A DNA stretch of 64,000 nt, taken from positions 21,886,001-21,950,000 of the forward strand of contig NC_087256.1 in the NCBI RefSeq assembly GCF_037042905.1, written 5' to 3'. The notes under the pieces were generated by a model, which was given only the letters and a program-made list of their open reading frames with translations, had not been told where the DNA came from and ran no database searches. Made by a program: the position numbers and the translations under genes. Below, in pieces: positions 37,001-52,000 of the stretch (positions are counted from its first letter, which is position 1; each line of letters starts with the position of its first letter). The stretch is from Lytechinus pictus (taxonomy: Eukaryota).

Positions 37001-40000
37001 GAGACTTCTACACAAGTTGACTGGTATGGTGTGCATTGTCTTTTCAAGAACATCAAGTGATATCAGAAGTGCCACAAGAAACTGTTTTGGTCCCCTATTT
37101 CTGGTTTACATGAAAGACATAGCAGATAATACATCCTGCAACTTCCTATTTTTTTGCCGATGAAGCTGAAATATACTGCAAGACAAAACTCTCACAAATA
37201 TGTTATAAAAAATAAGAATTATGGTCACTTTAAAATACATTCAACCAAATCATTAACTTACCAAGGACTCTTCTTGATACACTAGGATCAAGGAAGTCAA
37301 GAGGTGCGTCTTCTTTCTCTCCTTCCTTCAACCATGCCTTGCCTCGCTGACCTGCCACCTTCTTTGTCTTGCGACCTTTGACCTTTGACTTGGCATCTTT
37401 GGCGTCCTCATCCTCCACATCACTCTCTGAGTCTGTTTCCTGAAGAATCTCCTCGATGCTGTAATAATAAAAACAATGCAGGGAATTTGTCAAGTGCACA
37501 TATCCACCCTGTTACATGTAGGTGGTCAAAGAGCTCCTATATTAAGCCAGCAAAACTTGTCTACCGATTCCGGTGCTCACAGCTTTTTGAGGTATTACTT
37601 CCTGCCGGTAACCATTTACATGTACCTCACCTGGGTTGAGTGCAGCACATTGAGGATCAATTTCTTGCTGAAGGAAATTACGCCATGGCTGGGATTGGAA
37701 CCCACGACCTTCTGTTTCAAAGTCTGGAGACTAATCAACTGGGCCAAAATGCTCTAGATTGGCTTTTAAATGTTAATCTGTCTCATATTACATGGAACTC
37801 ACAAATTAAAGACAGTTTTCCTTCAAAGAACCTGGCTAAATATATTCAAAATTGTTGGTCTTCGAGTTTAGACAAGCCAAAGTATTAACTCAAAATAAAA
37901 AAAACAAAAAACAAACACAAAATACATGTTCATCAAAACTTCACTTTCATAGCAGCAATTTGTAATCTACTCTATTGCAATAAAACGTGAACACCTATCC
38001 CTTTACCTTTACAAATGAGGCTATGATCAATTGATGTTATTATCACCATATCCTTTCTATTCAATATATCCTTTATCTTATTTTATATTGTAAAAATTTG
38101 CAATATCATTATTCTCTATCCTTTGCCTTTCTGAACTGAAACCTCTAATGCTTTACTTCAGTATCTTTTCTCAGATAATATAAATTTCAAATAGAAAGGA
38201 CCCTTTTTTATAAAATTCATACCTTTCAGGTTTAGGTTTCTGTGGTACGAGGGCATCAAAATCCTCTCCTTCCTCGTCCTCGCCCCCCTCTTGATCGCCC
38301 TGTTTGGATGCAGCCTTGAGAGCCTTGTGCCTCTTGGTCCGTTCCTGGGTCTTCTTGATGTTGTGCACCATCTTCTGATGGTGGTCTGGGATCATCTTCC
38401 TGATCATCTCGTACCTGGAACGAAAGATGGAAAATTCAAGATTGGGTTTAAAGGTGGTTGGTTTCAATCAGCAAAATGCTTCTTAAGGTAGGGAGGGATG
38501 TCTTCTGGACAATCTTGTTCCAAGGAGAAAGATTCAAGATCTGAAATACAGTTTGTAAATTCACAAGGGGCATTTCAATCTAGTCACCATCTTCTAATGG
38601 TGGTCTGGGATCATCTTCCTGATCATCTCGTACCTAGAATGAAAGAATCCAAGATTGGGTTTAAAGGTGGTTGGTTTCAATCAGCAAAATGCTTCCTAAG
38701 GTAGGGACGGATGTCTTCTGGACAATCTTGTTCCAAGGAGAAAGATTCAAGATCTGAAAAACAGTTTGTGCTAAATTCACAAGGGGCATTTCAATCTGGT
38801 CACCATCTTCTGATGGTGGTCTGGGATCATCTTCCTGATCATCTCGTACCTGGAATGAAAGATGGAAAATTCAAGATTGGGTTTAAAGGTGGTTGGTTTC
38901 AATCAGCAAAATGCTTCTTAAGGTAGGGACGGATGTCTTCTGGACAATCTTGTTCCAAGGAGAAAGATTCAAGATCTGATTAACAGTTTGTGCTAAATTC
39001 ACAAGGGGCATTTCAATCTGGTCACCATCTTCTGATGGTGGTCTGGGATCATCTTCCTGATCATCTCGTACCTGGAATGAAAGATGGAAAATTCAAGATT
39101 GGGTTTAAAGGTGGTTGGTTTCAATCAGCAAAATGCTTCTTAAGGTAGGGACGGATGTCTTCTGGACAATCTTGTTCCAAGGAGAAAGATTCAAGATCTG
39201 ATTAACAGTTTGTGCTAAATTCACAAGGGGCATTTCAATCTGGTCACCATCTTCTGATGGTGGTCTGGGATCATCTTCCTGATCATCTCGTACCTGGAAT
39301 GAAAGATGGAAAACTCAAGATTGGGTTTAAAAATGGTTGGTTTCAATCAGCAAAATGCTTCTTAAGGTGGGCAGGGATATCTTCCGGACAATCTTGTTCC
39401 AAGGAGAAAGATTCAAGATCTAAAATATAGTTTGTAAATTCACAAGGGGCATTTCAATCTAGTCACCATCTTCTGATGGTGGTCTGGGATCATCTTCCTG
39501 ATCATCTCGTACCTGGAATGAAAGATGGAAAATTCAAGATTGGGTTTAAAGGTGGTTGGTTTCAATCAGCAAAATGCTTCTTAAGGTAGGGACGGATGTC
39601 TTCTGGACAATCTTGTTCCAAGGAGAAAGATTCAAGATCTGATTAACAGTTTGTGCTAAATTCACAAGGGGCATTTCAATCTGGTCACCATCTTCTGATG
39701 GTGGTCTGGGATCATCTTCCTGATCATCTCGTACCTGGAATGAAAGATGGAAAATTCAAGATTGGGTTTAAAGGTGGTTGGTTTCAATCAGCAAAATGCT
39801 TCTTAAGGTAGGGAGGGATGTCTTCTGGACAATCTTGTTCCAAGGAGAAAGATTCAAGATCTGAAAAACAGTTTGTGCTAAATTCACAAGGGGCATTTCA
39901 ATCTGGTCACCATCTTCTAATGGTGGCCTGGGACCATCTTCTGGATAATCTCTCATAATAGGAAAAAAATGGAAAATTCAAGATTGGGTTAAAGGTGGTT

Positions 40001-43000
40001 TTAATCAGCAATATGCTTCTCAAAGTAGGGAGGGATATCTTCTTGATCACTTCATACCTAGGAGTTAGATTCAGGATCTGGGGACCAATCCATGAAAGTT
40101 GCCAGCATTGTCAAGTTAACTTTCTCTGAACGATTACCATAGTGACAGTCAGAGTCTAGTGCCTCTGAGCCAATCAAAACAGAGGATTTCACTGATACAA
40201 AATCAGCGCTGACAACTTAGTTAGTGCCGACACCTTTCATGAAAGCCCCATTGACATACAGTTGTATTAATTCACAAGGGGGTGTCAGTCTTGTGCAGTA
40301 TCTCCTGAAGATAGTCCAGGACCATCTTCTGGATCATTTCGTACCTAGGAGAAAGATTCAGGATCTAAAATACAATTTGTGCTAAAGTCACAAAGGGCAT
40401 TTCAATCTAATGCACCATTATCTGGTGGAAGTCTGGGACCATCTTATAGATCATCATCATATATTGAGGAGAAAGACGGAAAATTCATGATCTGAAATAA
40501 AGCTAGTGCCAAATTCATAGAGATTTTTTTTCATCAGTATCTTTTATTCTTTCAGAGAAGAGAAAGTCAATACAGGACTAAATGCAGGTCAAAGTGAATT
40601 TCAAATAAAAATGAATTACTTACCCAAACTTGCGGACTAGACGAGCATATATTCCTTTGATTGGGGCTCTCAAGTTTCTTATGTTAGCTTCTTTCAGACC
40701 GGCTATGCTAAGAATCTACAAAGGGTATCAAAAAATTGTAAAAATGTTATTGGCAGAAATTAGCATACAGTAATAGAAGTATGAATAGTTGAAAACTAGT
40801 ATACAGAAGTAATTGTAATGATAGCAATGGCAGGAAATAAGCGAATTAAAGTAATCATGAACCCACTGATTTGATTTTTTTCCATTATGAATGGGGATCC
40901 TAACTTTTCTTAAAATCTGAAAAAAAAATCACCTATACAGGTTGCATTTACAATGCCATGTAAATGAGGTCAATTTCATCATGGTTTTTTAAAACATGTT
41001 ACATCAATGTACCTTAAAGGTACTCCATGCTAAATATAATTATATCTAAATAAATTCTCGATGCGTGAAATTCACCAAGCAAAATGCTGAATATTTCATC
41101 AAAATCTGATAAAAAATAATGAGTTAATTGAATATCACAGTTTCGCAATATTATGAGAAAACATTTATATGCACACCGTCATGAATATCCATTACATGTG
41201 TCGATGATGTCATGTCCACGCTTTATTTTTTTTTCATATTATTAAATGAGATCACGAGTATCTCATATTTCCAAACATGTGTGCATATGTCTATCTTGTA
41301 AAAATTAAGTTGATTATCTCATACATTAAATCGGTAGTCAATCCATTATTTTCTGGGTGGAATTCTTTTTTAAAGATATAATTCCATATACCAGTAATGA
41401 AATACAAAAGTGGAGGTATGATATCAAAAGTTTGCTCATTGCATATTCATGAAGACATGCACAGAACTATTTCACAAAAATAATGCACAGCCCTTGTCCA
41501 ATTTTGATTTTCAGTGTTTTGTTTGTCTGATTTTACTTTATCTTAATTTAGCTACATCTGTACACAAAAAGTCAAATACAAGGGATTGTCTATATATATT
41601 TTATTTAAAGATAGGTAAAAGTATTAAAAGCAGCTGCAGTAAAGACTGATCTCATGATAAACTCTGTAAAGCCAAGGTTAAATGACACTATTATCTCATG
41701 GATCGAGATCTGGTACAGTTACATAAAGTGAACTTTGTTAAATCATCAAATTTAAGCTCAAATTAATCACACTGAAGATCTCTCACACAGATAAGAATAT
41801 GGGGGACAATGTATTATCAATACTTGGAAGAAGAACAGACATCTAGGGCATGTTGTATAAAAGAAAAATTCTGGCAATTTTTTTTGGCCAGAGGTTTTCA
41901 ATGTGTTAGAGTCATTGAGTCAATGGCATAATTTGGTTTGCCAGAGTTGTTGTTTATTTGCCAGAGTCTTTATATAGCAAATTTTTTTTTCTGCAACAGG
42001 CCCACTGACTGGAATTTCATGCATGTTTTGCTAAATTCACAGCAATTACACAATTTTTGTATTGCCTGGATTCTGTACGAACTCATTTTGAAATCGATAC
42101 CAGAACCGTCAACTTAAAAGGCTGTTGCACCTGAACATTTTTACTCGCATATGCTGACAAAAGTAGGCTATGGCAATCTGGGTTTTTTTTTACCCCCATT
42201 TCTGGACATCAAGAATTGCCTTTTACTAACAACACAAATAACCATTATTTACATGCACTGATGCAAAATAATAAAGATGACAATCAACTTACAAGCTTTT
42301 CTACATGTGGGGCTAGGACAACATCAGGAATGACAGTGCATAAGACCTTAATGAGTCCCAGTGCAGATTTGAGTATCTCTCGTCCCTTTGCTTGCATCAG
42401 GGTATCCACAGCGTCTACTAACTGCTCCAATAGAGGGCCTCGCATAATGTCTAGTCGGAGAAACAAAAGTGAACTTCTGATACAAATGTGTGATTCTTTG
42501 AAAGTCTTCCATTCCCTTTCATTTTATGAACTGATTCAGTTGTGAACTCTAAAAACCTTACAAGAAATCAGAACTGTATTGAAACAGATCTTGAATAGGC
42601 TCAAAGATGAGCACAGCTGGAGAACTCGTCAGCCCTGGCAGTAAATGAAAACTACAAACATACACAGATAATTCGATATAAGACATTGGGATCCCCATTT
42701 TTTATTTATTAAAAAAAAGAAAATTATTTCATTTTATTATTTTTTCACAACCTTCATGAATTTTCAAGCTTTAAGCAATAACAATTTGTAGAAATCCTTG
42801 TTCCAGACAAAATAACCTCCAACTTTTTAAATGACTTTGAGTAAAAGAAGGAGGTTTGCAAAATGAATACGAGATATGGTGAAATGTGGAGGGAAATAAA
42901 AATATCATTTTTGCACATTAAAGTACGAAAGAATTGTGAAAATAAAGGAGACGTTCAAGCATAAAATTGATTGAAATTATCAGCTTATGGTTATCTGTGT

Positions 43001-46000
43001 ACACTATCAATTATATTGAATTACGATTGGGTATTTTCATGTGACAGGGCCCAACGGGCATAAAATAGTATGAAGCACACTGACCTTTGAACTCAAATAG
43101 AATCCTTGTCAGAGCTAGGACAGTTGCACTGACCATATGAGGTGACCCCGCTAAGCCAGCAGCCAACATCTCCAAGTACTTGCTGACACACACTGAAAGA
43201 AAAATATCAATATAGATTCATTTTGTTACAAGCATAATGACAATAATAATAACAGCAACAACACTACTACTACTACTACTAATACTTCACTACTACTGCT
43301 GCTGCTACTACTACTAATACTGCTAATGATAACAGTTACTTTATATAGCGCTTCATTAATACACTTGAAATCAATATTACCCAATAATCGGATCCTCCTC
43401 CTCCCTCCTCTTGGAGGTAACATCTAACTCTAACCCTCACCCTAAAATAAACGAATGAGCAATTGCTGCAGGTGTAACTGTCATGTTACCCCTTCTTAAA
43501 GTATAAACTAAACGTAACCCTTCAGACAAAATAGAAACATGGAATGTGCACACAGAAGAAGAAAATTTTCTTTAGATAAAAAAAGAGCCATACGAAAAAT
43601 GCATGATGTTGAAATATCTGACAAAAAGAACACAAGTGAGCTTGAGCCGATGGACAGGATCGACTTAAAAGAAACTGTTGTGGAAGTTATAGAGAGAAGA
43701 GGTTTGAGATGAATGGGCCAAGAGTTGAGGAGGGATGAAGCTGAAACTGTGAAAACATCGGATCTGGAAGTGGATGCCATAAGAGGAAAGAGAATACCAA
43801 AGATTTCACAGAAATACATGGTGAGGAAGGAAATCAGTACGGTTGGTCTGAATGCGAAGGATACTCGAGACAAAAAGAAGTGGAAGAAAAGAGTGCCATC
43901 ATGACGCCAGAGTCAGTAATATTTCATAAGAGGGAAAAATGGGGAGTGAAATGAATAATAGTGATGGTAAAAATCTACAAATTCATCCATTCAGATATCA
44001 ACTCCCTTCCTTTTCTTGTGCAGAATATAGTGTCTCCTCTACACACTTAAATCATTATATTAACCTCAAGGGGGTCTTGCTAAACACTGCTTTAACATAC
44101 ACCTGGGTTCTGTTACACTAAGCATAGCAATCAATCATAACTTCTGTTGGAAAATGTATTACATTGACTGCAAGGCACGATCAATAATGAAAATCAATCG
44201 CAATTGCTGAGCTTGTGTGAAGTGCCCTAGATATCACTACAATACTTACATTCTCTTGGCTGATCAGAGTGCTTGAGTAACGTGTTTCCAATCTCTACAA
44301 GGAGCCCAAAGGCTGATGCTCTGGCCTTCTGATTGATTTCTTTGGTACAGAGTATGATCTCGGGTAGTACGGCAACGATAAAAGCTTCATTCTCTTCTGG
44401 AAGACTCTTGACGATGTGATGCAAGCACCTTAGTCTTGGCTATTAATAAAGGAGGAATGAAAATGTAGAGCATGGCAGATGGATTTGCATGTTGCTGAGT
44501 AACTGTCAGACTATAGCAGGATGCAAATAAGAAATGACCAAAAGAAATAAATTTGCATAACAGGAAATGTAACAAAAGTCGAAACGTTGGCTCAATAGCA
44601 ATTTAGACAAAATGGTATACAGTGTAGAACTGGTTAGAGATGATCTAGGATTAGACCACGAGGGACGAGACCAAACGGAACTTTGCCTAAGTTAGTGTAG
44701 ACCAAGTGGAAACATACCACACTGACTATACTTCTAAATCTAATGTGCTAAGAATCAATCTAAACTTGTGATCTGGGGGTGTTTCACAAAGATTTATGTG
44801 CGACTTTAACTTGTACTAATCAATAGGATTGCATGTAGCAAATCATGTGCGCTTCGGCATTCAAGCACGACTCTAAATCACACTAAACTCTTGGTGAAAC
44901 AACCCCCTGTTTGAATGTGTGTGTTTCAAAATATATGTGCACAAGCTGAACCCTTATTGGGACATTGCTCCTTTGCGTTAATCCCAAGCAATTGGTCGAC
45001 AAGATGAGTTCAAACACCGGTGACACAACATTTGCTCCTGCGACAATTGCTCCAGGCTTTATTTTGTCTAAGATTTTGTTATAGGGTTTTATTTTAGGTT
45101 TTTGGTTAGGTTTATGATAGGGTATAGTGTTAAATTCAGGTTTGAAGTTGGCTATTCGATTATTGTGTGGAAATCACAGCGGAGCAATTGTCGCCAGAGC
45201 AAATGTCATGGAATCAAACGCCATGCATTGATTAATGTCTCTATTTCAAAGTTATTACAAACCTAAACAAAAACACTAGTTTTCCTGGAATCTCACTTAT
45301 AACTCTTCTGATTTAACCTCATTATTCTATATGCTTGTGATTCATAGTTCAGTAAAATGTCTATATTTACAATTCTCACTTGTGGCCTGTGCTATCACGA
45401 ATGTCCTAGGAAAAGCTGTACGTCTCGGTTGACAGTTCTAGACAATGAACATTGGTTGCGCAAGTATTACAAAATGCACAAATAGAGTGTTTCTCTCTTT
45501 AAAAAATTCATTTGGGGGGATGTTTCACACAAGTACTCACTGCTTTAGATGATGGTGATGAGCTGGAGAGTGATTTTAAGAGAACAGTCTGAAGGTTGTC
45601 CAGGTTAGCTTGCAGGAAACCCTGTGAAGCGGTTGATTCGGCTTCACACAGCTCTTCCAACACTCGGTAAGCTTTCTTCTGCATCGTACGATCTGTGCTC
45701 TGGAGTATGAAAAAGTAGTCATAAAATGATGATGGTTATCGGATTCAATGTCTTGAAAAGGACAGGAATTATTCTCTTTTTTTTAGTTAAAGGATCAGTG
45801 AAGCTATATGACGATGAATAAAACAGGCTATACTTTTTTATTGTTTCAACACACTCTATATCATTATTATCATTTTCATTTTTTTCTTAGAATTATTATT
45901 ATTATTATTATTCAGATTGGTTTCTGAACTTTATCATTGATTATCACTTTTTTCATTGGGGAGGGGGCCAGAGCATCAGCTGGGCTTGAGAGGGGAAAAG

Positions 46001-49000
46001 CAAAGAATCATCGTCACCATTGGGTGTCTTATTCAGATTTTAGTATAATCGATTGGGGGTTTAGGGGGCAATAACCACACTGGGTCCATTCCCTATCATA
46101 GAATGGCAACCAACAATAATTACCGACGCATGGCCAGCCATGCATTCAATAAATTTGCCATGCTTCGGTAATTACTTATGCATGGTTGCAAAAAAAAAGT
46201 TTTTTCACCAAAAAATTCCAGCATTCTATAAAACAATGATTCACAGGTTTGTTCATGCATTGGTAGGACAAGTGAGCATTCGGTAACCATGGAAATTTGT
46301 CTAAACCCACTTGGCTGTGCCTCGTGGGTTTAACAGTTACATAGTTACCTTATGCTCACAAAACCTACCGATGCACTCACATAGGTGCATCATTTGTATA
46401 CTGTTATATATGTAAAGATAGTGACTCTCTCCCATACTTGCTATAAATAGAAGCATAATATTTTATACAAAGATTCTACAGCAATTGTCATTACATAAAC
46501 ACTGTGAAAGGAACAAAGACCATGCTGGAAATAAAAAAAAACACCTAAAACTGGGTTATCATAAAATCTAATGAATTGAATATTCCATGAAAGAGAGAAA
46601 TATTGCCTTTGTGATCACCTTGTAGCAAATGCCATGCTTTATGTAATATTCTCTTTGACATGCCTCCAGTTGTCGATGTATATTGAAAATTTTTGTAATG
46701 ATTTATTCATCTCAAATTTCAATGGTTTGCCAGAGAGTGCCTTAGGCATGTCTTTCCATATTCCTTCTTCATGTGACCTTTTTACTCTAGTAGCGTACAT
46801 GCTGCTCATTTCGTTTGTATGCTTTTTTCCCAAAATCACACTGGAACCTATCATTTAGACCACACACTTCTGAAAAGGAAATGCAGATACACTGACAAAG
46901 AACATTGCATTTGCCTACCTCTAGCATGGGAGTGATCATCTTGTAGAGCTTCGTCATGTGATCTGCATCCAGGTGGGCTGCCATGGCGATGACAAGATCC
47001 ATAACTGCATGCTGGCGTTCAGTTGTTTCCTGCTCCAGCTTGTGACAAGCCTTGTCTGACATAGAAGCAATCAGCTGATAGAAAGAGAAAAGTACGTGAC
47101 CAACGCCAGAGGCCATTTTTAGAAATGTTATTAAAGGAGAATGAAACTCTTGGAGCAAGTTAGCTTTTGTGAAAGCAGAAAAATCAAAGAATAAGATCAA
47201 CAAAAGTTTGAGTAAAATAGGACTAGCAATAGAAGATTTATGAGCATTTGAATGTCGAGATCACTAATGCTATGGAGATCCTCCCATTGGCAATGCGACC
47301 AAGATCTATGATGTCACAGATGAACAACTCTCCCCTTTTGGACACTGAAAATATACCCCAAAACATCTCTTTTTGCTCATTCTAATCATATGACAAACGA
47401 TTCATCAATGATATAATGTTGTGAAACCTCTGTACTTGTCCTCTCATAAAGAAAACACCTCACCTTGTGATAGACTCTATAAAAGTGAGAATATAAGCGA
47501 AATAAGTACTTAAGTAATGAGGGAGTTGTACGTGTGTGACATCACAGATCTTGGTCACATTGCCAATGGGAGGATCTACATGGCATTAGTGATCTCAATA
47601 TTCAAATGCTCATAACTTTCTTATTATTCATTCAATCTTCCTCAAACTTTCAACAATAAGTTTCTTTGATTTTTCTCTTTGATATGGATTCAGGTAGTTT
47701 CAAGGGTTTCATTCTCCTTTAATAATGGAAACACTTCCTTATGTCAACTCCACTAATTAAAAAAAATAATTATCCCAAACCCCCTTCTTTCGTTCTCTTT
47801 TTTTGGTTCTTCTTCTCACTTCCGGTTGAAACTTGGATTCAAACCTCTCACTGCAGAACGAGGCATCTCCAGTCTGTCGCCTTACTCACTGAGCTAGCAG
47901 GAATTGTTGAAAGCCATGGGTTTCATAACTGACGGTTATCAACCAATATTACGACTAGTCTACTCTCCAAGAGTGTAAGGTATTTATTTTTCTGACTAAA
48001 TAAACAGATGCCATTGGGAATTACACACACTCGAGATTTCTGAATAAAGCCATACTTTGGTATGTATCCAATTTTTCCTTCCTAAATCTCTTAGATATAT
48101 GTTAGATAATTCTTGACAAACCTCCATATTTTTTTTTCAAATTTAGTGGAGGGGACATATGGAAGTCTTGCCTGAATAATAAATGACATATAGTCATAAC
48201 AGGGTGGGCACCATGCTTTTACACCTTTTTTCAAAAGTCCAGGTCAGGACTGCCTTTACTTTTCAACACTCACATGTGCCAATGCACTCCATTAAATCAA
48301 TAACAAACTCAACCAATCAGGTAAAGGCAAAGTTGTATAGACTACTATGTTTTCTCAATTCTCACATCACCTCATAAACTGCCTTAATCATGATCATTGA
48401 TAGCATTACAGACTGATTAGTACCAGAAATCAGAGAAATATAAATTTGGGAAGTTCCTACATATAGGGGGGTTTGACGCTTTTATGTAATTACATTCTGC
48501 TTTGACAAGAGGAAAATGAAACCCACCTTAGAATCTGCAATCTGGAGATAGACCTTGACTGTCTCTAAGACGGCAAAGAGGGATGCATCCTGTCTTGCGT
48601 TTCCACTGGTGTACAGGTTGAAGAGAATAGGTAGGTAGTTCTTATCAAAGCGAGCCAACTCCGCTCGATTCACCTCTGCAGGAAATTCAGAAGAAATTTT
48701 CAAGATTTATTTCAGGAATTAATAATGTATCTGATTTCTAAATAAGAATTTATGGCATTACTGAACCGTTTGATCCTATCAACAAATGTAGTCTTTTCTG
48801 TTTTGGGGTTACTTTTGTGCTTTTCATCTCTTCCAGAGAATGTCAGGTTATCAATATGCTGGTTATTCATAAGGTGCAGGATATGTAGTCTCAAAGCACC
48901 TACAGATTATTGTTATCCCAGTCAGTCTAAACAGCCGCTGTGTGAAGAGCTCATAATGATAATGCTGCTACGATGTTTGCTTAACATTTTACCTGAATAG

Positions 49001-52000
49001 AACTACCGGAACTTTGATATGAGCATTGTCCAAAGCCCACATTAGCAACAGGTGGATTAACCATCTAGTTAGTGTCTCACCATGATCTAAGTTCTTTGTT
49101 ATCAGATTCCTGATGGCCGAACACACGACCAGTCGTAGGTCTGGTCTTTCGTTGAGTGCAGTTCCCAAGATCTTGGCGATGCCTTTGAAGGCTACTGCTA
49201 GATCTGTTGGGTTCTTGCAGAATCCAGGCAGCAAGGACCAGATCTGAGACTGGAGGACATCATAGGTCTTCCCTTCAACCTTCTTACCTTGCTCCGTCAA
49301 TTCAAGAGCTTTAACAAAAAATGAAAGACGTTGGAAAGATGGAAATTAGCAATGTGAGCAATCAAATTCTTTCCAATACCACAAAGGAAAAATTGAATGA
49401 AAGTGGGCATCCACAAATGTCAGTTCTTCAAAAGCCCTCAAATTAATGTATAATAAATAAAAGCTGAAACAGTTGGGCCAACTATAGAGTACCAAAGTGA
49501 TGATGTCACAAAAACTTTTTTTAGCATTTCAGCATTTCGGTAGAGCATGATGAAACCCCCCCCACTACCACAATGTGGTGGGAATCGGTCCATTGGGGCC
49601 TTAGATGTGACCTCATGAATACATAATTATACAAAATTGTGCTTCCAACACCAACATCGGACTGTCATCCAATATGACTGGATTAATCAAACACTTTGGA
49701 GAGAACACCTCACAAGCTATCCCTTGAGGGTTTAAAGCTAAACAAATGTAGTAGCAGCAAACAATGATTTCACGGGAAATTCTTTGCAATCAAGGTAAAC
49801 TGTCACTGTGCCATTACAGATCTACATCCGGTAGGTTTCCATAAATCTAACTTTGTGAATCATGCAATCTTGGCTGAAAAACAATCACAATGAAGATTCA
49901 TAACACAAATAAGCACATGTGGGACAGTGTATTATAAATGCTTGAAAAAAGGTTCTACACCTGGCTGGTCTGCAATGTCATCTTTGCTCATTTCTCTGCT
50001 TTTACACATTTTATTTAATCAAAATCATTTGGCATATACTTTCTAGTTAAAATACAAATACTTGGGTGGTCATTTTATTGGATTTGATTTGGATTGGATC
50101 TCATTTAGAGATCATTATGATAACAGGCTTTTACATGTTAACTAGTAAAATGTATGGCAAGTTCCCCCAAGTCGGCGCAGTCCCCCTTGTCTGCGCACAG
50201 GCATATCTGCGCGATTCTAGTGAAAGAAGATACGCAACAAACACAGACTTTACACATGCAATACATACACAGATATTCATCATAAAATCTTATTCAAAAT
50301 GGTGGGGAAAAAAAAATGAATTTTGGGCATTTCTTGTGGTGGCCTCAAAATGCACTGAGCCTTTCTCATAAAATTCCCCGAATCGCGTGCAAAGTGAATG
50401 GGTGCACAGACATAGGGCACCATTTTTTGTTCAATCTGAAAATCACTGCCCGAGTTTTTTTCCAAGAAAATCATATATTTCTTTCAAATTTTTATGAGAT
50501 ATTTGGCCACTTAACTGATAATGATGTAAGGAACATTATCAACTGACAGATTTTGTGAAATTAAAAGAAATTCATGTTAAATCTTAACTCAAATCGATAG
50601 GTGCGCAGACTTGGGGACCACCATCATAAATTTTGTGCCAAATTAATATCCTAGCTTTGGTGTTGTATGTGTACTATGTATATATCACTGTAAATTCAAA
50701 GGCCTAGTTCTCATTGCAAACAAGTCTAAATTGATTGGGGACTTAATTGAAAGCTTGATATATTATGGAATTCTTACATCTTGTTCTGAGTTTTGCTGCT
50801 AGTGGGAGGAAATACTTGGTGAAGAAACTCAGCTGAGTATTTGCCACATTGTCTCGTATCACAGGAATCAACCAGCTCCTTGGAAAATCATAGTTGTCTC
50901 TGTTGTGATACAATAGAAGAAAATAAAAGGGAAAATGTGTTTACTGCTTTGTATGGCACCCTTATAAAAACGTCTAATCAATAATTTATGAATTGCTATG
51001 AAGGCGAGACAAAAAACGATCACAATGAACATCGCAAACACAAATAAGCACATTTGGGACAGTTTATAATTATTTCTAGGAATAAGACCCAACATTTTGA
51101 TGAAATTTCATACTACTTTTGCTAATTTCTCAGCAATTACACAATATCTTCCAGAATCCTTTGACACTTACTTTTTATTCATACATAAAATGACACTTGG
51201 GTAGTCATTTTGATGGATTTTGTACAAACTCATTTAGGAAACATGACCATAATTGGCATTTACAACGTTAGATATAATGACGTGTCAGTGCTGACAACTT
51301 TTGCGACATGGTCCGCTGGAGACTATTTCATCAACATTTGTGTTCTAACAAGTTGTCAGAACTGACAACTTTCCTTGATTTTGATTGGCTGAAAAGCACA
51401 GTTCCTATTGTAACTGTTGGATAAAACAGGACTTTGTCAGATAAAACATCCTCAGATCCTTTCATGAATTGCTAGCCAGACCTTTTTAAAGGTCAAGTCC
51501 ATCCCAGAAAAATGTTGATTTGAATCAATAGAGAAAAATCAAACTAGCATAACGCTGAAAATTTCATCAAAATCGGATGTAAAATAAGAAAGTTATGACA
51601 TTTTAAAGTTTCGCTTATTTTTCACAAAACAGTGATATGCACATCTCAGTGGCATGCAAATGAGACGGTCGATGATGTCCCTCACTCACTATTTCCTTTG
51701 TTTTCTATTGTTTGAAATATACAATATTTCATTTTTTACCGATTTGACAATAAGGACCAACTTGACTGAACCATATAGTATTAAACAATGCTAATTCCAC
51801 ATGTTGATGGAGGAATTAATCGGTGTTTCACTTGACAAAGAGGAGAAAATTAGAATATTTCATATTTATAATAAAATACAAAAGAAATAGTGATTGGATG
51901 ATGTCATCAGTCTCCTCATTTGCATACAGACCAGGATGTGCATATGACTGTTCTGTGAAATTGAGCGAAACTTCAAAATGTCATAACTTTCTTATTTTAC

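Noticed and set aside
38291-39430. Repeated 66-72-aa plus-strand ORFs
   Set aside because: They are antisense translations of the exon 21 tandem array, with stops in nearly every unit.
46639-46854. 71-aa minus-strand ORF inside RRP12 intron 15
   Set aside because: There is no recognisable motif or fitting splice sites, and exons 15-16 join cleanly without it.
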